Source: Schizosaccharomyces osmophilus (lineage: Eukaryota). From it: 64,000 nt of DNA. The position numbers and the translations under genes are program-made. The notes beneath the pieces were generated by a model. The model did not search any database. It was given only the letters and a program-made list of their open reading frames with translations, and had not been told where the DNA came from. Shown here in pieces: positions 58,101-64,000 of this stretch. The stretch lies in NCBI RefSeq assembly GCF_027921745.1, contig NC_079238.1:682001-746000 (forward strand), written 5' to 3'. The stretch's first letter is position 1; each line of letters begins with the position of its first letter.

Positions 58101-60573
58101 CGGACTGTTCGATGAAGATTCTGAAAATGATGAAGATTTAGAGGATGAGCCCGCCAACAACGAAGTTTCATTGAACCGTGATTTAGGTAATTCAGAAATG
58201 TATGAGAAGTCGAGTCATCAAGGCTCGCAATGTAACAAGACACAACTTACTCACAATACTCCAGGCTCTTTTCCTCCCAATAATCAACTAAACACTTTCC
58301 GTAAATTCAATGATCAGAATGATAACTTTGATGACAATTCATCAAAGAAAGCAAAAGTGCAAACAGAAGTACTTGGAGCTTCATATCCGGTATCTTCAAA
58401 AGATAATAAGATAGAGAAAGAAGATGAAACGAATGATTTGTTATCGAACATGACGGATAGCCCTAACGACTCAAATGAATTGAAGAATGAAGATATTTTG
58501 GAGGATGAGTCTGATGAAGTACTTGACGCAAACGTGCAAAATTCAAAGGAGGCAGTGAGTAATCTGATTAATCCGAGTACGTGGCTGGAACATCTGAACT
58601 TGGGGTTACAAAGATCTGTATTAATAAAGTCTAAAATGGCCAACACTTCTTCCTCGGTACAGGGCAATAAGGAAGCAACTGGTAGCTTTGCTTATGACCA
58701 GTATGATTTGGAAAAAGACCTGTTTGGAGGTAGTATAATTGCCAAAAATGTTTCAACTGATTTTACGGACACTGGTGCGAAAAATATTCCAAAGTTTCAT
58801 CTTTATCCGAATGGATCTTACGTACAAATAAAAAATGGAATTCTAAAAATGGATTCAGCGGAAAATCTGTTCAGCCTTTCTAGCACAAGAAACGAAAATT
58901 TGATAAAGCTTTTTGAGTACCAGCTCTCTAAAAGCGAAGTATATGTTGATGCTAATGGTGTATGTTCTATATCACCGCGTTTATCAATGGTGGTCGGAGA
59001 TTTAGTAGCATTTACAAAAAGCGTTGATCAAATTAAAGTTTGGGAATTAGCGTCAATATTATTCGACAAGAAAGACTTTGAAGTTCCAGTGTCTTTGTCT
59101 CTTGAGGCTCGAGAAGTGCTTTCCGAAAAGCTTGTTCGCGATTGTTTGTCTGAATGGATTACAAAAATCGTAAAAGAAGAGATATTAGCAAAGGCTCAAA
59201 AGGCTACATCCTCAGAAGAAAAAATATTTATTTTATTGACCGGCAATCAAATTAGCCTTGCGTGTGAAGAGGCTGTGAATTCGGAAAATAATCGTTTATC
59301 GACGTTGATTCCTCTTGTCGATAGCGATTTTGATATCCAAGCCGAAGTTAAGCAACAGCTGAATCAATGGCGAGAACGAGGTGATCTTGCTTATATCAAC
59401 AAGTATACCCGTCTTATCTTTGAACTTCTCTCTGGTAACACCAACCTAGCTGAGGGTTGTGGAAGATCTGGAGAAGAGGGTTACGTTTCTTCGATGTTTG
59501 TCTCTCAGGAATTAAGTTGGATATGTGCTTTTGGCTTGAAATTATGGTATAACACTGATATCAATATTGCTGAAGCTATGTCGCTGTACATGGAGTCCTT
59601 GAAAATGTACGAAAAAGAATTACAAAGGCCCACGGTGTATAGTGACTCAAATGGAGAAATTTACGATCTAATGTTTTTGTTACTGAAAGCGTATGCTGTC
59701 GGAGCAACCCTAGAAGAATTTACGCTCCCAGAAAGCGCAAAATGCCATCCACTAGACTATCGGGTGGTTTGGCAATTGGCGATTTTTCTATCAAAAGCTC
59801 GAGGTATCTGTGATTTTTCAGACAGAGATGGCGGCATGGATGAGGTTGTAGGTGAAGATGGTATACACTTCAAACCTCAGAGCGTAAGAGCAGATATTTT
59901 AACACTTTCGCTTGCCTCTCAGCTCGAAAGTATGGGTTATTGGCAGTGGTCTTTATTTGTGCTCCTGCACGCAGAAAATGTTGAAATACGTATATCCAGC
60001 ATTAAAAACTGCCTTGCGCGAAATGTTAAAATGGGTTTAACCGATTATGATGAAAAATTAGTTAGCGACTTACTCATCCCAAAAAGCTGGATACATGAAG
60101 CGAAGGCATTAAGTGCTCGTTATAATGGAGAACACGCGAAAGAAGTAACCTTCCTTCAAGAAGCAAATTTATTTGAAGAAGCTCATACATGCTTAATTCG
60201 AAGCATCGCTCCTCAAGCCATTATCAGCAATAACTTTAAAGAATTGAAGTGCTTGTTGGAAGGATTCCGAGAACGAATGGAAGGAGTTGTGGGTTGGAAT
60301 TTCGGCGGACAACTGTACTCTGACTATCTTGACCTGGTAGACGGAAAGTATGAAAATAACGTCGAAATGTTAAAATTTATTTTACAAAGAATTACTGTTG
60401 CACTGAAAGAAGCTGAATCACAGTCGATTCATCAAAAGGCCTCTTTGTATAAGATGACCCGTTATGTTAACAAGCTTTGCCTAAGCCAGTCGTTAGACGA
60501 TGTTGCGTTTAGTTTGCCTCTTACGACCGCCAACAGTCTTCAGAATTTGCAGTACGTTTCCGTTCAATTTTAA
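55111..60573 (+). CDS. nup189: Nup98-Nup96 precursor nucleoporin
   Basis: GLFG/FG repeats, GLEBS (YSFEELRLQDY), autoproteolytic domain ending WTFKVQHFSKY (HFS at 58087-58095), then the Nup96 region. Confidence 0.96.
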   Translation: MFGQNNSSGFGGGTGGFGQNNQQTGGLFGSNTNTTGNSLFGSQNNNAGGFGQNTAQPLFGSSTGGGLFGNRNPPPATAPAPAPAPAPGSAGTGFGMNSGTGSGLFGQSSAPAFGGTNTSSGGGLFGNAGGAAAPSAGSAFSFGSNNPGTTGGFGSTPANTGSTGGFFGSQNNSSGSTGFGAQPPSGGGMFGSASTGQAPAFGSSGFGAGSTNTINGTDNPPYAVTSEKDAQTNGTSAFQSITCMPAYRQYSFEELRLQDYNQGRRFGNPANVTSTPSTFGSTPGFGTSTTGFGQTATPTSNSITPFGSSNTNTNTGGGLFGGGPAFGANNPSTTSGFGANTTNTGGGGLFGQSNQASTTPSTGLFGGAGSGSTFGQQKPAFGFGSNTNTGSGSGGLFGSSTSNPATNTAGTGAGTGTGGGLFGNAGGGFGASTAGTGFGSSAPNNPPASNPPGGGLFGFGNNATSGTNTSAPGSSGLGSGSGFSFGANNAASKPSGFGFGSSTGTGTGTGTSAPATSGFSFGQPSSTAPKPAFGTGSTAPSAKPAGGGLFGGFGANSTPSTATNNAAGNTGSTGGLFGNTGSTAGGLFGSTNTNTGGSGLFGNNTALNNPPNTGGGLLGSGTNTSTTPGAGLFNKPSTGPGLFGSNNTLQQPSTTGSSGLFGSSNMNNQAQPSTLGSGLFGGASQSGQQQQQPLQASIDQNPYGSNPLFSSTVSQTAPTSIQEPIASPLTTQPAPKKAASLPQFWLSPRSSSRSTVASISPFAKSAVMNSATAPSKPKSLHLFDSLNDDVLLSKDAFTPRQNIKKLVITPKVSRDEMFRNENISKPSEEVSKTNDAMKQETTKVESDRTYTLPDGYWMKPGVEELVKYPKDKLTTVPQFCVGRSGYGQVSFLKPVDLTKFEKFEDIPVNVVLFEKKICSVYPEEGSSPPVGEGLNVPAIITLENAWPLSRETREPIKDVDHPRYAQHMKRLQKIKETEFIDFNDGKWTFKVQHFSKYGLFDEDSENDEDLEDEPANNEVSLNRDLGNSEMYEKSSHQGSQCNKTQLTHNTPGSFPPNNQLNTFRKFNDQNDNFDDNSSKKAKVQTEVLGASYPVSSKDNKIEKEDETNDLLSNMTDSPNDSNELKNEDILEDESDEVLDANVQNSKEAVSNLINPSTWLEHLNLGLQRSVLIKSKMANTSSSVQGNKEATGSFAYDQYDLEKDLFGGSIIAKNVSTDFTDTGAKNIPKFHLYPNGSYVQIKNGILKMDSAENLFSLSSTRNENLIKLFEYQLSKSEVYVDANGVCSISPRLSMVVGDLVAFTKSVDQIKVWELASILFDKKDFEVPVSLSLEAREVLSEKLVRDCLSEWITKIVKEEILAKAQKATSSEEKIFILLTGNQISLACEEAVNSENNRLSTLIPLVDSDFDIQAEVKQQLNQWRERGDLAYINKYTRLIFELLSGNTNLAEGCGRSGEEGYVSSMFVSQELSWICAFGLKLWYNTDINIAEAMSLYMESLKMYEKELQRPTVYSDSNGEIYDLMFLLLKAYAVGATLEEFTLPESAKCHPLDYRVVWQLAIFLSKARGICDFSDRDGGMDEVVGEDGIHFKPQSVRADILTLSLASQLESMGYWQWSLFVLLHAENVEIRISSIKNCLARNVKMGLTDYDEKLVSDLLIPKSWIHEAKALSARYNGEHAKEVTFLQEANLFEEAHTCLIRSIAPQAIISNNFKELKCLLEGFRERMEGVVGWNFGGQLYSDYLDLVDGKYENNVEMLKFILQRITVALKEAESQSIHQKASLYKMTRYVNKLCLSQSLDDVAFSLPLTTANSLQNLQYVSVQF

Positions 60574-60935
60574 GTCACCTTCTTTGATGTTTTATGTGAG
60601 TTCATTTTTGATTTAAAAAAAATTTGTTATATAGATGAAACGTTTATGTAAATAGTATAGCTGTCTTTCAATGTATTTTTTCCGTATATTAAAGAGCCGT
60701 GTAATATAACAGTAGCAGATTTTCAATCGTAGTAAAAGGTTCATAATCACTGAACTTTATTAATAAAAAGTATTGTATATTTTTGACTACTAAGCCCAAG
60801 TCCCAATATATTCGAACCGTTTATGATTCACCTAAACATTAGCCATCATTTTGGAATAGCATATTAAAATAGGCAGGCTGGTTGATTGACGAATTTATAA
60901 TATTTAAAATCAAATAAGGATTACAATAACATAGC

Positions 60936-61276
60936 ATGAAGCAAGCTACTACGATTTATAGAAGCATTATTCGAGAAATGCGCCAAATGGTAGAAATAAA
61001 TCAGCTTCTGAATCATGTACTAACAAAATAAAATAGAATGGCATCTATAGGTCTTCAAAAGGGGTTACTCCTGCTCAAAAAACGGCGATTGAATCCGTAA
61101 AAGCATGGTTTCGTAACGGCTCTTCAAATGACCTGAACAAGTCCAAAGAGCTGCTTTCCTTAATTAGTTCTGGGAATAAGCACGAATTATTATTTCAGCA
61201 ATATCATCCAATGGTTGGTATGAGTGAGTTAGATAAAGCCAAATTAGCTGCCAACAGAGTGGGTCTTCAGTTCTAA
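60936..61276 (+). CDS. fmc1: Mitochondrial ATP synthase assembly factor Fmc1-like (LYR family), 2 exons, about 97 aa; missed by the ORF track
   Basis: Exon 1 MKQATTIYRSIIREMRQM; intron 60990-61036 (GTAGAA..TACTAAC..TAG); exon 2 NGIYRSSKG...WFRN...HELLFQQYHPMVGMSELDKAKLAANRVGLQF*. The A.RVGL C-terminus is typical of FMC1. Confidence 0.85.
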
Positions 61277-62375
61277 ATCAGAATGTGAGGTCGGACTTTT
61301 TGAGGTGTTATATGCGCCGACAGGCAGAGGAAGTGTTTTACTTATTTTGATGATGTACTTGTAACAGGCTACAAATTTGAGTTAGAAGTTGAACGAGAAA
61401 GAAGGGTTTTATCAGATCCGAGTTCTGTAACTTCAAGCTCGAAACGCCGAGAGACTTCTCGCACTCATTATTAATTATATTTCTCTGCTATCTTCTCTCT
61501 ACGTGAGTTTTGGTTCTTTAATAGCACTCCTACATTGCTAGTTGAAGCTGAATTCATAGACATTTTACATTGATAAATGAGCGACTGTTTTATTGTTGAA
61601 TATGCATGAATTGATTGCTTTTATTAGTCAGACATGCTCTTCTTCTGATTTAATAAATTCCTTCTTCTATATTCTTTATTGTTTGAACTTTAATTTTTTC
61701 TATTCGGAGAATAAAGTACAGAGTAAGATTTGTTACTTGTCAACGTGCGGCCGACAATAGAGATGAAACTCTACTTACAGACATCAATATACTTTTGGAT
61801 TGTATTTGTTTACAATTTTCCTTGTAACGGAAGGATTGGTCAATAATGTAAGTATTTTCGGAAAGGGTCCATGTAGATCTCGGGATTTTAGTGCATATGG
61901 TTCCGTGAAAATGAAAGTGATAGGAAATTTTGTATTTCTGCGATGCTGAGCCTATACAAATGGCCTGAAATAAATCATAAAAACTACTTTGAAGTATAAT
62001 CTAACTGACGATCCTTAGCTTTTGAACGGCATCTTTCCCTGTGTTTCATCTAGAGCAAGAAAAGATCTGTAATTTTATTTGAGGATCTTGAACAAAAAGT
62101 GAACATTGCTCTGCTGCAAAACAGGATTTGAGCCTCTTTGTATTTTATAACAGTACCAACTAGACTTTCGAGCGATCGATGCGTTGTTCGACATTTTGCA
62201 AGCCGGTTCCCGCTAATTGTGATTGTGAATATTAATTTTTCATTTACTTTCATATCGTATTTGGTAACTTGATATTAAATTCAATGCCTTCTAAAGTACT
62301 AACGATGATAGTAAATTACTTTTTTCTTAAACGTCCTTGACTCAGTCCAAACCCAATTGAAATCGTTTCATAAAA

Positions 62376-63608
62376 ATGACTACGCAAGCGGTTACTTCTA
62401 TTCTAGACACTGATCTTTACAAACTGACCATGCTACAAGCTGTGTTGGAACATTATCCAACAGCTGAGGTTTCTTATGTATATACAAATCGTTCTCCTGA
62501 AATGGCATTAAACGAGGAAGCAGTAGCATGGTTAAAAGACGGAATTTCGAACTTGAGAAATCTCACGCTACTTCCGGAAGAAGAGGCTCGGCTTCGTCAA
62601 CGATGCCCGTATTTAAAGGAGTCCTTTTACGAATTTATGCATTCCTACGCATTTGATCCAGAAAATGTTGTTTTCCTTGAGTATAATAAAGATACCAAGG
62701 ACCTTGCTATTACGATTAAAGGGCTTTGGAAAAACACTATATTTTACGAAATTCCATTGCTTGCTCTTGTTTCAGAGGCCTATTTCAAGTTCGTTGACAA
62801 AGATTGGTCATCTGAAGGGCAATTCGAAAAAGCTTACGAGAAAGGAAAGCGCCTCATAAATGCTGGATGTTACTTTACAGACTTTGGCAGCCGTCGTCGT
62901 CGTGATCACCATGCCCAAGATGTTATGTTGCAAGGATTAATTAAGGCTCAGCAAGATGTTAAAGGACCTGGTCGTTTCCTTGGAACTTCAAATGTGCACT
63001 TTGCTCAAAAATATGACCTGGAGGTGTCTGGTACCGTCGCCCACGAGTGGTATATGGGTGTTGCTGCTATTACGAAAAATTATGCAGACGCTAATCGGAT
63101 TGCTTCAGAGAAATGGGTACAAACATTTGGTAAGAGCCTCTTGATTGCTCTCACTGATACCTTTTCTACCGATGTGTTCTTGCGTAACTTCACGGCAAAT
63201 ACTCCTGATGATTTAGCCTGCGTCTTTCACGGTGTTCGACAGGATAGTGGAGTCGCTGAAGAATACATTGAAAAGATCGTTGACCATTACCAATCACTCG
63301 GCGTTGATCCTTCTACGAAAATGATAGTTCATAGTGATGCTTTGAACGTTGATCGTTGCATCTGTTTGCACAATTACGGCAAGAAGTTTGGTATCAAATC
63401 TTCGTTTGGAATTGGTACGAATTTTACCAGCGATTTTGATCACGTATCAAAGCCAGGCCAAAAGAGCAAGGCTATGAATATTGTGATCAAATTACACACT
63501 GCCAATGGAGCCAAGGCTGTCAAAATCAGTGACGATATCATGAAAAATACTGGTGAGAAAGATGCTGTTGTAGAAGTTAAAACGCAACTTGGCCTTCCTC
63601 TGAAGTAA
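62376..63608 (+). CDS. npt1: Nicotinate phosphoribosyltransferase
   Basis: SILDTDLYKLTM, DFGSRRR, GTSNV, GTVAHEW, GVRQDSG, SFGIGT and VKISDD. Confidence 0.95.
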   Translation: MTTQAVTSILDTDLYKLTMLQAVLEHYPTAEVSYVYTNRSPEMALNEEAVAWLKDGISNLRNLTLLPEEEARLRQRCPYLKESFYEFMHSYAFDPENVVFLEYNKDTKDLAITIKGLWKNTIFYEIPLLALVSEAYFKFVDKDWSSEGQFEKAYEKGKRLINAGCYFTDFGSRRRRDHHAQDVMLQGLIKAQQDVKGPGRFLGTSNVHFAQKYDLEVSGTVAHEWYMGVAAITKNYADANRIASEKWVQTFGKSLLIALTDTFSTDVFLRNFTANTPDDLACVFHGVRQDSGVAEEYIEKIVDHYQSLGVDPSTKMIVHSDALNVDRCICLHNYGKKFGIKSSFGIGTNFTSDFDHVSKPGQKSKAMNIVIKLHTANGAKAVKISDDIMKNTGEKDAVVEVKTQLGLPLK

Positions 63609-64000
63609 TCGTGAAAAGTGGGTAGTTTGGTTCAATGAAAATTGTTAAGTATCTTTTGTTTTAGTTGCGATTGTCTTAATACGAATAAAATCTGACAGTT
63701 CCCAAACCTAGCAACAAATAAGCCTTCATTATGGTTTAAATGATGCTTGCATATAGATTCGTGCAAACGACACAAAGGTTTTCTATACCACGAATTAAAA
63801 TTATATAGTTGACTAATAGAATAAGATGATTAAAATAGAGGTTAAGACTCGAACAATATTTGTTAGTATTATAATTCATTCATTCTTTAAATTACTTTTT
63901 CTGGACCAAAATGAGAGTGAAGAGGAGATTGGGAATCAGTAAATTATACAGAGGGGAGAAAAGAAAGGAGCACCAATACAAAATACCACTTCGAAGAAGG

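Noticed and set aside
1..64000. Transposons/LTRs, wtf meiotic drivers, 5S rDNA
   Set aside because: No RT/integrase/transposase motifs, LTR pairs, 5S sequence or wtf-like multi-exon membrane gene recognised by eye; highly decayed copies cannot be excluded without a search.

Overview
Gene-dense fission-yeast (Schizosaccharomyces) chromosomal DNA with short GT..AG introns and CTAAC-type branch points. The proteins look diverged from S. pombe, so this is probably a relative such as the S. octosporus/cryophilus/osmophilus group; the species cannot be fixed from the sequence alone. Gene order matches, from memory, the S. pombe chromosome I block end4-scn1-set13-TMEM254-like-bet5-fcf2-sak1-msw1-peg1-new8-rrp41-tif211-png1-hos2-frs2-spa2-ssu72-rpl23-oar2-nsk1-sod2-dsc2-ntr1-alm1-nup189-fmc1-npt1, with three tRNA genes (Ala-TGC, intron-containing Lys-CTT, Thr-CGT). 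The most notable extras are: a frameshifted, internally deleted DHA1-type MFS transporter pseudogene with two Fep1-type GATA elements upstream; an intact 66-aa SH3-only ORF resembling the Bbc1 SH3; a cryptic intron just after the Nup98/Nup96 autocleavage site whose splicing would give a Nup98-only product; a candidate structured RNA between the TMEM254-like gene and bet5; and no pyruvate decarboxylase gene where S. pombe has one. I recognised no transposon, LTR, rDNA or CRISPR element. All calls are from manual reading and recalled homology; no searches were run.
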